From: an uncultured virus (IMG/VR IMGVR_UViG_3300026479_000008)
Taxonomy: Duplodnaviria; Heunggongvirae; Uroviricota; Caudoviricetes
Reading direction: 5' to 3' (one strand)
Length of the DNA stretch: 64,000 nucleotides
Virus record (IMG/VR): IMGVR_UViG_3300026479_000008
Part shown: positions 30,814-39,398 of the stretch, one piece after another
How the letters are laid out: each line of letters begins with the position of its first letter
Position numbering within the stretch: position 1 is the first letter of the stretch
The notes under the pieces: model-generated
The model's input: only the letters and a program-made list of their open reading frames with translations
What the model was told of the DNA's origin: nothing
The model's database searches: none
Position numbers and translations under genes: made by a program

Positions 30814-31410
30814 TTACAAAAACTTATGGTACAGTTTACCTAAAGGATATTCGTTATCTTCTGACTCCATCTTTTCAGGATGCCATTGAACTGCCCATAT
30901 CTTTTTATCTAAGTCTTCGAATCCTTCAACTACAGAATATAATGGATATGAAAGATGTGTAGCTTTGAAGTTTTTAGCTAGTATATTACAGTGTTGATGA
31001 TGCCTAGAATTAACACTAGTTAATGTTCCATTTAAATCTTCAACCGTATGGAATTGAGATGGCTTCCCGCTATGATCAACGTCTTCTGAAAAGTCAGCTG
31101 CTTTATGATCTTCTACTATTGCATCAGATAAATCTTCTACCGTTCCTCCAAAATAATGATTTAGGATTTGCATTCCTCTACATATTCCTAATATTCTATT
31201 ATTAGAATCCAGGGCCTGTTTAATCCATACGAATTCTTTAGCGTCCCTTTCTTCGTCTTTTCCAATGTCTGCTCCTCCACATAATAGTAAAGGGCCTTTG
31301 ACCTTGCGTCTAAGATCTAGCCATATTATTTCATGGTTGTAATGTGAAAGCCAGAGTCGAATTGCCTCTTTTTCCTTTATTCCCCTTGGAGGTGCTACGT
31401 AAATAGTCAT
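30814..31410 (-). CDS. Class I glutamine amidotransferase / peptidase C26 family
   Basis: GGAD, GICRGMQ nucleophile elbow, VNSRHHQ, VQWHPE catalytic His-Glu. Confidence 0.9.
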   Translation of the reverse strand: MTIYVAPPRGIKEKEAIRLWLSHYNHEIIWLDLRRKVKGPLLLCGGADIGKDEERDAKEFVWIKQALDSNNRILGICRGMQILNHYFGGTVEDLSDAIVEDHKAADFSEDVDHSGKPSQFHTVEDLNGTLTSVNSRHHQHCNILAKNFKATHLSYPLYSVVEGFEDLDKKIWAVQWHPEKMESEDNEYPLGKLYHKFL

Positions 31411-31413
31411 AAT

Positions 31414-31435
31414 AAAAACCCAATGAATTTGGGTT
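31414..31435 (-). terminator. Probable terminator
   Basis: Minus strand AACCCAA-ATTCA-TTGGGTT followed by T residues. Confidence 0.55.
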
Positions 31436-31447
31436 ATTTTTAAAAAG

Positions 31448-32005
31448 CTAGGATTTGAAAAGGTTGTTTACCTGATCAACGATATCTTTTCCTTTATAAG
31501 ATGCCTTAAAATGTTTAAGCAATTCTTTCTTAGCTTTCTTTTTATCAGAAGATGATAAATTGTCAAATCTGTCTATAATAGAAGAATTGTTATCTTTTGC
31601 GGCTCTATATTGTCCACCATCATCGATGTATTGTGCATATAGATCGTATGATTTAAAGTATTTTAAGAATAATTCTAGATCAGATAAGATTTCTTTTTCT
31701 AGTTGATTCTTTAATTTTCTATAGATGGTTTTCTTTTTGTTATAGTAATATTCCCATCCATCATTTTCTTGCATTCTCCATCCACTTACTTTATACATGT
31801 GGATTGTATCTTTAGAAGATAATTTGATTTCAAATTTAATACCCTTGTCAGTTGAAAGATCTTCAATGCTTTTAAGCATATCTTCCTTAGGTAATAATCT
31901 CGCCATAATCCATTCAACTTCCTGTTTCATTTCTTCAGGAGAACCCCAGTTCTTTTTGAAATCGTTATATGCGTAATACTTTTCGAATGTCATTAGATGT
32001 TTCAT
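31448..32005 (-). CDS. Hypothetical protein with capsid-targeting-like N-terminus
   Basis: Starts MKHLMTFEKY; GATATATA at 32010-32017. Confidence 0.65.
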   Translation of the reverse strand: MKHLMTFEKYYAYNDFKKNWGSPEEMKQEVEWIMARLLPKEDMLKSIEDLSTDKGIKFEIKLSSKDTIHMYKVSGWRMQENDGWEYYYNKKKTIYRKLKNQLEKEILSDLELFLKYFKSYDLYAQYIDDGGQYRAAKDNNSSIIDRFDNLSSSDKKKAKKELLKHFKASYKGKDIVDQVNNLFKS

Positions 32006-32016
32006 ACTCTATATAT

Positions 32017-32742
32017 CTATCCTACGAATCCAGGATCTCCAGCTCTTCTATCCCATCCGATATGTTTGACATATCCATCATTATCGTCCACTGATAAACT
32101 AACAACTATAAAACCCTGATCTCTATACCAGTGATCTACGAGATGTTCTCTAACCATTCCCGTGTACCCGTTATTTAATAGTCTATAGTCGCTCATTCTT
32201 TTTAAGCCTGGATTCCAGCTAAATCCCATATAATCCCTGACTATCATGGGAGTACCATCTTCGTTCAAGTCTCCTGTTGAAAAACTGGCAGGAAGAACAG
32301 CTCTAACTTTCATTCCGTTTAATTCAAATACTCTTTCAGATATTTTATTTAAAATCCTATCGTTCTTTGGGCGTATCCATGCTTGTAATATTTTTTCACT
32401 AGCAGAGAGAATTCTAATAGAATCTTCGATAAATCCATGTCTATAGAATTCCCAATCTTCTTCACAATGAAAAACATATTTAGTAGTTACGGTAGAGTAT
32501 GCTTTATCTATTGACTTTGACTGTCCTAGTTTATTTTCATTAAACATAAACTCTAAAGAGTTATTATACTTCTTATTAAGCTCATTACATGCATCAAATA
32601 CTTCTTCCTGTGCAGAGTCCTCTGTTATAATAAATCTTTCAATTGGATATGTGTTGAATTTAAAAAAAGAGTCTAGTGTTTTTTCTAAAAGATCAACTCT
32701 TCCACATGAGGTAAGAACAACTGTAACTGAATTTATTTCCAT
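32017..32742 (-). CDS. Glycosyltransferase, GT-A/GT2-like
   Basis: VVLTSCGR.DLL..TL.SF, ITEDS, FHCEEDW, FSWNPGL, YVKHIG. Confidence 0.8.
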   Translation of the reverse strand: MEINSVTVVLTSCGRVDLLEKTLDSFFKFNTYPIERFIITEDSAQEEVFDACNELNKKYNNSLEFMFNENKLGQSKSIDKAYSTVTTKYVFHCEEDWEFYRHGFIEDSIRILSASEKILQAWIRPKNDRILNKISERVFELNGMKVRAVLPASFSTGDLNEDGTPMIVRDYMGFSWNPGLKRMSDYRLLNNGYTGMVREHLVDHWYRDQGFIVVSLSVDDNDGYVKHIGWDRRAGDPGFVG

Positions 32743-33074
32743 AGTATTTGTATCGATATTAAAATAAGGGTTAATAATAGAGACACTCCGGTCTTCGCCG
32801 TGATACCTTCATTCATAAAGTAATAAGTCATAGCAGTAAATATAAGAATACCACTAGCAAAACCTATGAATCTTCCAGGCCAAAGTAAACCGTCAAAGTG
32901 CTCAACAACCATCTGTGTTGCTTTAATTAAAATGTAACTAATAATAGAACCCATTCCAATGGCAACTGGCCATGGGTTTTTCTTAAACCAGGGCCATACA
33001 AATTGTCCATTAGTTTGAATCCAAATAAGTCCTTGCCCTAAGAGGAATAATAAAAAGCCGTAAAAAAGTTTCAT
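32733..33074 (-). CDS. Small multi-pass membrane protein (SMR/DMT-like)
   Basis: Four hydrophobic segments in 113 aa. Confidence 0.6.
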   Translation of the reverse strand: MKLFYGFLLFLLGQGLIWIQTNGQFVWPWFKKNPWPVAIGMGSIISYILIKATQMVVEHFDGLLWPGRFIGFASGILIFTAMTYYFMNEGITAKTGVSLLLTLILISIQILWK

Positions 33075-33703
33075 TAGAATAATGAATTAGTAGTAGTTAA
33101 TAGATGTGATATAAATGAAGGCCTATGTGAATCACTGGCTCCCATTTCCTTTATTGCAGTTATATGTTGCTTTGTTCCATATCCTTTATTAGAATTCCAT
33201 CCATATCCTGGAGTTTCTTCATCTAATTCTTTCATTAACATATCTCTACTTGTTTTAGCAAGTATGGATGCAGCAGCGATAGAACTATATTTATTATCTC
33301 CACCTATTACGGTTTTAAAAGGTATTCCTTCATATCCGTGGAATTGATCTCCATCCACTAATATAAAATTAAATGAATTGTCAATAGTGTTTAGACATTC
33401 TTTCATTCCTAGAAGAGTAGCCTTTAATATGTTAGTAGATTCTATTGTTTCCGTATCTATATGCTGAACGCTATACGCAATTGCGTTATCTAATACTATT
33501 TCCCTAGCCTCTTTTCTTTGAGATTCATTTAGCAATTTAGAATCTTTTATTAAAGGATGGTTAAATCCATACGGCATAATAACCGCAGATACTGTAACTG
33601 GGCCTGCCAAGGCACCTCGACCTGCTTCGTCTATTCCAACTTCAACGATACTTCTATCGTCATTATAACTTCCTTTAAGTAAGATGTGTTTTGCTTTCTC
33701 CAT
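33074..33703 (-). CDS. rnhB: Ribonuclease HII (start revised to ATG 33703)
   Basis: GIDEAGRGALAGPV, DSKLL, LVDG, SIAAASILAK, NKGYGT; a promoter motif lies inside the ORF-track 5' extension. Confidence 0.93.
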   Translation of the reverse strand: MEKAKHILLKGSYNDDRSIVEVGIDEAGRGALAGPVTVSAVIMPYGFNHPLIKDSKLLNESQRKEAREIVLDNAIAYSVQHIDTETIESTNILKATLLGMKECLNTIDNSFNFILVDGDQFHGYEGIPFKTVIGGDNKYSSIAAASILAKTSRDMLMKELDEETPGYGWNSNKGYGTKQHITAIKEMGASDSHRPSFISHLLTTTNSLF

Positions 33704-33719
33704 ATTAAGTTTTATAGGA

Positions 33720-33746
33720 GTTATACACACATTTAGTGAAATGTTT
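33720..33746 (-). promoter_or_regulatory. Putative middle promoter AAAC-N17-TATAAC
   Basis: taAAC atttcactaaatgtgtg TATAAC. Confidence 0.65.
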
Positions 33747-34473
33747 ATTTAGGCTCGTGGTTTTCCTTCCACTTATCGTATCTCTTTACAACTTCCTGAA
33801 GGATCTTTGCTCTAACAATATCTTTTTCAGTAAATTCATGCACACCTATTCCTTTAATACCTGTCATTAATTCAGTAAACGAAGGTAAACCAACATTGGC
33901 TTTAGATATATCATGCTGGCTAACGTCTCCTGTTACTATAACCTTAGAGTCTTTACCCATTCTTGTTACAAATAACATTAACTGCTTGAACGTTGCATTC
34001 TGTGCTTCATCTAATACCATTAATGATCCGTCAAATGTATCACCTCTCATATAAGCCATTGGCCTAAATACAATAACTTCTTTCTCTACGAGAGTTTGTG
34101 CTATTTCAGATCCTACTATTTTTGTAATGTTCGATATGTATGATTGCATGAATGGATCTATCTTGTCTGCGATATCTCCTGGTAAAAATCCTAACTTTTC
34201 ACCTGCTTCCTGGATGGGTTTACATAATACTATTTGTGAAATCTCTTTTCTAGCTAAGAGGAGGAGTGCAGTATAACATGCTGTAAATGTTTTGGATGTT
34301 CCAGCTGGACCTGTGCAAAACGTTATCTGATTCTCTAGTATTGTGTTTGTATATTTCTTTTGGGATTGTCTTAATTGTACTCCTTTTAATTCTGCTTCTT
34401 TTATTCCGTATCTTCTTCTTCTAGGTCCATCGGAACTAGATGAAGATTTATTGTTTGAATTGTTTCTGCTCAT
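33745..34473 (-). CDS. phoH: PhoH-family ATPase
   Basis: GPAGTSKT, EKLGFLPGD, AYMRG.TF, LDEAQN, TRMG, GDVSQHD, DIVR. Confidence 0.93.
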   Translation of the reverse strand: MSRNNSNNKSSSSSDGPRRRRYGIKEAELKGVQLRQSQKKYTNTILENQITFCTGPAGTSKTFTACYTALLLLARKEISQIVLCKPIQEAGEKLGFLPGDIADKIDPFMQSYISNITKIVGSEIAQTLVEKEVIVFRPMAYMRGDTFDGSLMVLDEAQNATFKQLMLFVTRMGKDSKVIVTGDVSQHDISKANVGLPSFTELMTGIKGIGVHEFTEKDIVRAKILQEVVKRYDKWKENHEPK

Positions 34474-34487
34474 CGAGTTTAATTTTT

Positions 34488-34745
34488 TTAGTCTCCTGCC
34501 ATTATTACCGTTTTTTTAAGCTGCAATAACGTATCACATTTTTCATACTCCTCAAGTTCTTCAAAATATTCTATAATAATATCTATGAACTTGCTTCTTT
34601 GTCCTTCGCCATGAGGGATTTCTATCGTATTCTTGCCTTCGCTGAATACAACAAATCTATTAATGGTTTTAGTAAAATTTCTTGTGATAGTATAATAGCT
34701 TGATCTCATCAATGCGTCTTTGTCATCACTAAAAGATTCCTTCAT
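34488..34745 (-). CDS. Small protein with C-terminal UVR (UvrB/C)-like motif
   Basis: IIIEYFEELEEYEKCDTLLQLKK; ATG at 34745 preferred over TTG at 34787. Confidence 0.65.
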   Translation of the reverse strand: MKESFSDDKDALMRSSYYTITRNFTKTINRFVVFSEGKNTIEIPHGEGQRSKFIDIIIEYFEELEEYEKCDTLLQLKKTVIMAGD

Positions 34746-34851
34746 TACAAAGTATATTTTTTTATATCGAGATATTAATAATCTCAATTTATATATTTAA
34801 TTCCGGTAAGGTCTAAGGTAAAATGAAGTAAAAAAATATGTTATTATATTT

Positions 34852-35049
34852 CTACTTGTCCTTGTTTTCGGCGTTAGATTTCTTTTGAAGATATATTGCC
34901 TTTTGGAACTTAAGTCTCTTTAATGCAGAGGGCTTCGTATATTGCTTTTCATCTCTAACCTTTTTCATCTGTTTGGTCTTAATGGTTTTACGCTTATACT
35001 GTTTTAAAGCTTTTTCTATATTCCCTTTATCTACATTAATTATTAACAT
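34852..35049 (-). CDS. rpsU: Ribosomal protein bS21
   Basis: MLIINVDKGNIEKALKQYKRK...YTKPS..R...QKAIY, Flavobacteria-type bS21 pattern; 65 aa, basic. Confidence 0.88.
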   Translation of the reverse strand: MLIINVDKGNIEKALKQYKRKTIKTKQMKKVRDEKQYTKPSALKRLKFQKAIYLQKKSNAENKDK

Positions 35050-35348
35050 ATATTGCTTATGATTTTTTTAAGTTCATGGCATCTTTCATATTCTTCTTGT
35101 TCTGCGAAATATTTGATAACCGTTTCTAGTGCTGCTATTTTTTCTTCTTTAGGAGAATTATTGTTTAATGCTCCCATTTCATTTTCAATTATAGCCTTAT
35201 AAATTAAGTCCATCATTATCTCTTTGGATGATGATTTCAATTTTTCAATAAACGCGATTGATTCTACGCTGTTGTTAACTTCAAATTCTGGATTATTTCT
35301 ATTGGTATCTGAATTATCCCATTCGTCAAAATCTGGTAAATCATTCAT
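35043..35348 (-). CDS. Small protein with C-terminal UVR-like motif
   Basis: LETVIKYFAEQEEYERCHELKKII. Confidence 0.65.
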   Translation of the reverse strand: MNDLPDFDEWDNSDTNRNNPEFEVNNSVESIAFIEKLKSSSKEIMMDLIYKAIIENEMGALNNNSPKEEKIAALETVIKYFAEQEEYERCHELKKIISNIC

Positions 35349-36141
35349 TGTCTATTTCTTTTATTTTTTTTATTAGTTCTATTTGTGAATCTTTAAGGGG
35401 TGGATTAAATGCATTTAACTTCACCATAAGGTTACCATAAGTATTCATACTATATATCGGGAATCCTTTACCACTTATTCTTAATATCTTATTATTCTGT
35501 GAATTTGGAGGAACATTTACCTTTATTTTATAAAAAGGCGTATTGATTTCTATTTCAGTTCCTAGAATCATATCATAAAAAGAAACATTTGCATCTACAT
35601 AGATGTCATTTCCGTTTAATATAATCCTATCATCATATTTTAAATTAATTATAATGATTAGATCTCCTTTGGGTGCAGATGAATTAGCAGGATGAGGTTG
35701 ACCTTTTCCACTAATTTTTAACTTCATACCTTCATAAACTCCTTTAGGTATATTAACGTTTAGTTTTTTAGAACCTATGTCTACTCTCTTTTGGGTTCCA
35801 TGATAAGATTCTTCTAGGGTTATTGTCATTCTAACCGTAACGTCTCTTCCTTTTGAAGAGGAACCAAACGCATCATTGAACATATCACTGAAGGATCCTT
35901 CTCCGTTTTGAAACCAACTATGAAATGGATTGTCAGAAGACTTATATCCTAATTCAATATCATACTTTCTTTTTCTGTTCTCGTCAGATAAAACCTCGTA
36001 TGCTGTAACTATTTCTTTAAAGGAAGACTCATCCCCTTCGACGGTATCGGGATGATATTGCTTTGCTAGTTTACGATAGGCCTTCTTAATCTCGGCTTGG
36101 CTTGCTGACTTGTCTATCTGCAGCAGTTCGTAGTAGTTCAT
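35341..36141 (-). CDS. dnaJ: DnaJ-class chaperone (CbpA/type II, no zinc finger)
   Basis: J domain with HPD; C-terminal G.D....ITLEE.Y.G, IPKG, GDL, LRISGKG; no CxxCxGxG repeats. Confidence 0.9.
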   Translation of the reverse strand: MNYYELLQIDKSASQAEIKKAYRKLAKQYHPDTVEGDESSFKEIVTAYEVLSDENRKRKYDIELGYKSSDNPFHSWFQNGEGSFSDMFNDAFGSSSKGRDVTVRMTITLEESYHGTQKRVDIGSKKLNVNIPKGVYEGMKLKISGKGQPHPANSSAPKGDLIIIINLKYDDRIILNGNDIYVDANVSFYDMILGTEIEINTPFYKIKVNVPPNSQNNKILRISGKGFPIYSMNTYGNLMVKLNAFNPPLKDSQIELIKKIKEIDNE

Positions 36142-36280
36142 TCTTTCTTTTCTTTACGGCTTCCTTAACGACTTTAATGCTCTTTCTTTTTTCAACCACA
36201 TCTCTTTTCTGTTGGTTTTCCATAAGATCTGCAATTCTCGTAAGTTGCTCCGCAATGACTTTTAATAATTGTTCTTCCAT
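36086..36280 (-). CDS. Hypothetical protein (start revised to ATG 36280)
   Basis: MEEQLLKVIAEQL; TATAAATA motif at 36285-36292 just upstream; 3' end overlaps the dnaJ start by 56 bp. Confidence 0.5.
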   Translation of the reverse strand: MEEQLLKVIAEQLTRIADLMENQQKRDVVEKRKSIKVVKEAVKKRKNELLRTAADRQVSKPSRD

Positions 36281-36298
36281 GATATATTTATACACATT

Positions 36299-36583
36299 TT
36301 ATTTATTGTCTAGAATATTTTTAAGATGTGCACATTTTTCATATTCTTCAGATTCCTGAAACCAATCTAACATTTGCTGTAATGTTCTGATAATCGGTTC
36401 TATTTCTATGCCGTTGTCTTGCATTGATTTAAAGTCAACTCCTTTTTCTAAGATCATATCCCAGTTATTTCTAACTAGTTTATCTTTCAGTTCGTGAAGG
36501 TTATTTTCCATATCTGCATTTTTTTGAATTTGAGCTATTTCATCGTGCTCATCGTTGTTTTGGTCTTCGAAGTCTTCAAACAT
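36299..36583 (-). CDS. Small protein with C-terminal UVR-like motif
   Basis: LQQMLDWFQESEEYEKCAHLKNIL; downstream of 60-bp element copy 3. Confidence 0.7.
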   Translation of the reverse strand: MFEDFEDQNNDEHDEIAQIQKNADMENNLHELKDKLVRNNWDMILEKGVDFKSMQDNGIEIEPIIRTLQQMLDWFQESEEYEKCAHLKNILDNK

Positions 36584-36598
36584 ATTTCTTTATTTTTA

Positions 36599-36664
36599 AT
36601 TACTATACTAATATAAGCAAAATTTCTGAGATAAAAAAACTTTTAACTGTTTATTTTCAAAAAA
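36599..36664 (-). promoter_or_regulatory. Repeated 60-bp element, copy 3 (putative early promoter)
   Basis: attactatactaatataagcaaaatttctgagataaaaaaacttttaactgtttattttcaaaaaa. Confidence 0.75.
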
Positions 36665-36671
36665 GTTTAAA

Positions 36672-37415
36672 TTAAAATGGAGCTTCAACCTTAGATACTA
36701 GTTCCATATCTGACATCTTTAACATCACGTTCATAGTTCCAATAACATCATCTTCACAATAGTCTTTAATTTCTTCTAATCTTCCAGCGTAATACGCTTC
36801 TGATACTTCACCACCATACATGTTTTGTTTAGGAGAAGGTATCTGTAAAAGATCACAGATCATAGAAAGAGATGCACCATTCCATCCGCCAAATTTCCAT
36901 ATTTCATTAGTGTCTAATAGACAATTCTCCCATGGCTTAAGTTTTTGTAAGTGTAATTGTTGTGGAATTTCTACACCTTGAATAATGGATCTTTTAATTA
37001 AGTAAGGCATATCAAAGCCTTTAATGTTATGACCTACTATTTGAATTTTAGGATTTGCCTTAAAGATTAATGCCATCGTATCCATAAATTCCTTTAGAGT
37101 ATTCTTTTCATCATCTCCATAAAAAGACTTTATCTTAGGGGTAGGTGTAATGCCATCTGGGAAGGTGACTTGTCCGATTGTAATAACTACTGCTCTTCCG
37201 AATTCAGGATAAAGGGCAGCATCCTTGATATACATATCAGCATCTGAAACTCCTTCATACTCTGATTTACTTTGTCTACCATACTTTGCTTTCTTTTCCC
37301 AGTGTGAGTATGCATTTTCTCCAATAATCTCTGCAAAGCTATCTAAGTCCTTTGCAGCAGTTGACGTTTCAATGTCAATAAATAACATGTTTTTTAAATC
37401 TGAAATACTATACAT
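36672..37415 (-). CDS. 3'-5' exonuclease, DnaQ/PolB-exonuclease-like
   Basis: FIDIET (ExoI), GHNIKGFDMPY (ExoII), YCEDDV (ExoIII). Confidence 0.88.
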   Translation of the reverse strand: MYSISDLKNMLFIDIETSTAAKDLDSFAEIIGENAYSHWEKKAKYGRQSKSEYEGVSDADMYIKDAALYPEFGRAVVITIGQVTFPDGITPTPKIKSFYGDDEKNTLKEFMDTMALIFKANPKIQIVGHNIKGFDMPYLIKRSIIQGVEIPQQLHLQKLKPWENCLLDTNEIWKFGGWNGASLSMICDLLQIPSPKQNMYGGEVSEAYYAGRLEEIKDYCEDDVIGTMNVMLKMSDMELVSKVEAPF

Positions 37416-37656
37416 CTTTTTCTTGTTTTGGGTGAGTTTTTCTAATATTATAAATAGAGACTGGATATCTCATTTGTCTTCCATAATTTCCATTAACAAA
37501 TGTAAACCATCGATGGCCGTATGTTTCTGTTAATTTGTCAGAGGTACCTTCTAACTTTCCTACTTCCCATGATCCTGCGAAATAGAAATAGTACGTTTCG
37601 CCAATAATTGGCTTCTTAACGTGAATAATCTCTAGCTTCTTTTTCTTCTTTGCCAT
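37408..37656 (-). CDS. Hypothetical protein (start revised to ATG 37656)
   Basis: MAKKKKKLE; a promoter motif occupies the ORF-track 5' extension. Confidence 0.6.
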   Translation of the reverse strand: MAKKKKKLEIIHVKKPIIGETYYFYFAGSWEVGKLEGTSDKLTETYGHRWFTFVNGNYGRQMRYPVSIYNIRKTHPKQEKDV

Positions 37657-37660
37657 ATAG

Positions 37661-37687
37661 ATTATACTCAAATATGTGTAATTGTTT
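37661..37687 (-). promoter_or_regulatory. Putative middle promoter AAAC-N17-TATAAT
   Basis: taAAC aattacacatatttgag TATAAT. Confidence 0.7.
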
Positions 37688-38153
37688 ATATTTTCTTCTT
37701 TAATCTCATTAAGTATACTACTCTAGAGAAATGATAAAAGGAAAGAATAGGTATCTGTAACACTTCAAACAAGAATAAATTCTGTTCAGTGTTTATAAAG
37801 AGTGTTGGATATAATATTGCAGATATTATTCCAAAGATTTTAAATCTTTTATCAAAGAGCATGATCCATGTCGATGACATAAAAAATAGAATAGCAGATA
37901 TATTATGTATTGTAGGGTAATTTGCAACGCTAAAGCTTGCTATGATTATTAATAAGAATGCCGGTATTTTCCATTCAATAGAACGATGAAGCCATAATCC
38001 TAATGAAACTCCTATTGTTAATAAAGGGAATAAGATTGGTTTTAATTGATGATAATCACTATAACTATCCTCTATGCCTAGGATTAATGGCAGACACACT
38101 GTATATAATATTGCGTAAATACACAGTGCAAATCGTAACCATAATCTATTCAT
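37686..38153 (-). CDS. Multi-pass membrane protein
   Basis: 5-6 hydrophobic helices; SYSDY and IHNISA.LFF motifs (DUF998/Frag1-like). Confidence 0.6.
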   Translation of the reverse strand: MNRLWLRFALCIYAILYTVCLPLILGIEDSYSDYHQLKPILFPLLTIGVSLGLWLHRSIEWKIPAFLLIIIASFSVANYPTIHNISAILFFMSSTWIMLFDKRFKIFGIISAILYPTLFINTEQNLFLFEVLQIPILSFYHFSRVVYLMRLKKKI

Positions 38154-38179
38154 ACTTGGAAGTTTATTAACTATACTTA

Positions 38180-38206
38180 ACTATACACTTCCATTTGGAA
38201 TTGTTT
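38180..38206 (-). promoter_or_regulatory. Putative middle promoter AAAC-N17-TATAGT
   Basis: gAAAC aattccaaatggaagtg TATAGT. Confidence 0.6.
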
Positions 38207-38209
38207 CAA

Positions 38210-38434
38210 TTAAAAGTGTCCGTGTTCTTTAACACGTCTTATCATAAGATATGTGTTATATGATACGTTAATTTCTGCATATCCTCCTGTAATTGTAGAA
38301 GGACAAGATTCTCTAGAAATCCAATAGCTAGGTGGTTCTTTAATTCTTTCTGTTATAAAGTCAAACAGTTTGTCAATGTCCATGTGATGAACCCATAAGT
38401 TCACATGCATACAAGTCATATCCGGATATGCCAT
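38210..38434 (-). CDS. Hypothetical protein
   Basis: 74-aa ORF. Confidence 0.55.
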   Translation of the reverse strand: MAYPDMTCMHVNLWVHHMDIDKLFDFITERIKEPPSYWISRESCPSTITGGYAEINVSYNTYLMIRRVKEHGHF

Positions 38435-38437
38435 AAT

Positions 38438-39391
38438 TTATTCTTTTATTTCGAATCGTTCGCTGTCAAGTTCTATAGTTTTTTTATCTAAATCATTAGA
38501 TAATTTTGTTAGGGCCTTGTCAGTATCTTTGTTTACTTCTCTTCCGTAAAAGTCTTTAAATATTTTACGGTATATTTGCACAGTAGAATCATAAGGAACT
38601 CCAGGTTGAGAATTACTTTCTATAATATACAATTTTCCTTCTTGATCTTCCATTATATCAAAACATATATATGGTAAATCTTTAAACTTATCACAGAATT
38701 TTTCTATTAGTGTTTTAAATTTTTCAGGAAGAGTTGTAATATCTCTTTTGATATATTTAAAATTCATTTCTTCTTTTCCGTCACCATCACCTGATTTTGC
38801 TTTATCATTTAATGGTTCTCTTTCCATCCAAAAGAAAGCATCTCCTTTAAAGTTAATTATTCTATGCTCTGATTTCTTATCTACGAATTCGGAATATACG
38901 TCAAATTTAGAATGATCAGCTTTATCCCAATCTTCCTGAGATTTAAAAACCTGAATTCCAATACCTGAATGTCCTTCAGCTGGCTTTGCAATTAATGGAA
39001 AACCAATTTCTAAAGCTTCTTTCTCGTCATGGCATGTTTGTGGAATGTTTTCATCTCCATCGACTATTTTATGAAACTCTGCCTTAGATCCAGATTGCTT
39101 AATGAATTCTGGTCTATTATATACATTTTCTTTTTTAACTAATCCTTCCTTTAAAAGGGTTTCAACTACTCCTGAATTATAGGTTAATATAGGATAGTCT
39201 GGATTAATATCTATGTCTTTATAATTGTCTTTATTGATTTGTATAAAGAAATTATCTGACGCAAATCCTTTATAAGACCACCACCTGTGACCTGAGTCGG
39301 GATCAATTGCTAGATAAACTTTAAAAAGATCATTAGTATCTTCGTTTAGGCTTTCGTTAATAAATTGGTTGAATGATTGTATTTGCTTCAT
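38438..39391 (-). CDS. ATP-grasp (RimK-like) ligase with capsid-targeting-like N-terminus
   Basis: FPLIAKPAEGHSGIGI, EHRII, CFDIMED...YIIESNSQPG; starts MKQIQSFNQFINE; GATAAATA at 39396-39403. Confidence 0.8.
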   Translation of the reverse strand: MKQIQSFNQFINESLNEDTNDLFKVYLAIDPDSGHRWWSYKGFASDNFFIQINKDNYKDIDINPDYPILTYNSGVVETLLKEGLVKKENVYNRPEFIKQSGSKAEFHKIVDGDENIPQTCHDEKEALEIGFPLIAKPAEGHSGIGIQVFKSQEDWDKADHSKFDVYSEFVDKKSEHRIINFKGDAFFWMEREPLNDKAKSGDGDGKEEMNFKYIKRDITTLPEKFKTLIEKFCDKFKDLPYICFDIMEDQEGKLYIIESNSQPGVPYDSTVQIYRKIFKDFYGREVNKDTDKALTKLSNDLDKKTIELDSERFEIKE

Positions 39392-39398
39392 ATTCTAT

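Noticed and set aside
30289..36664. 60-bp repeats considered as CRISPR repeats or IS ends
   Set aside because: Only three dispersed direct copies, each just upstream of a start codon; no spacer array or transposase
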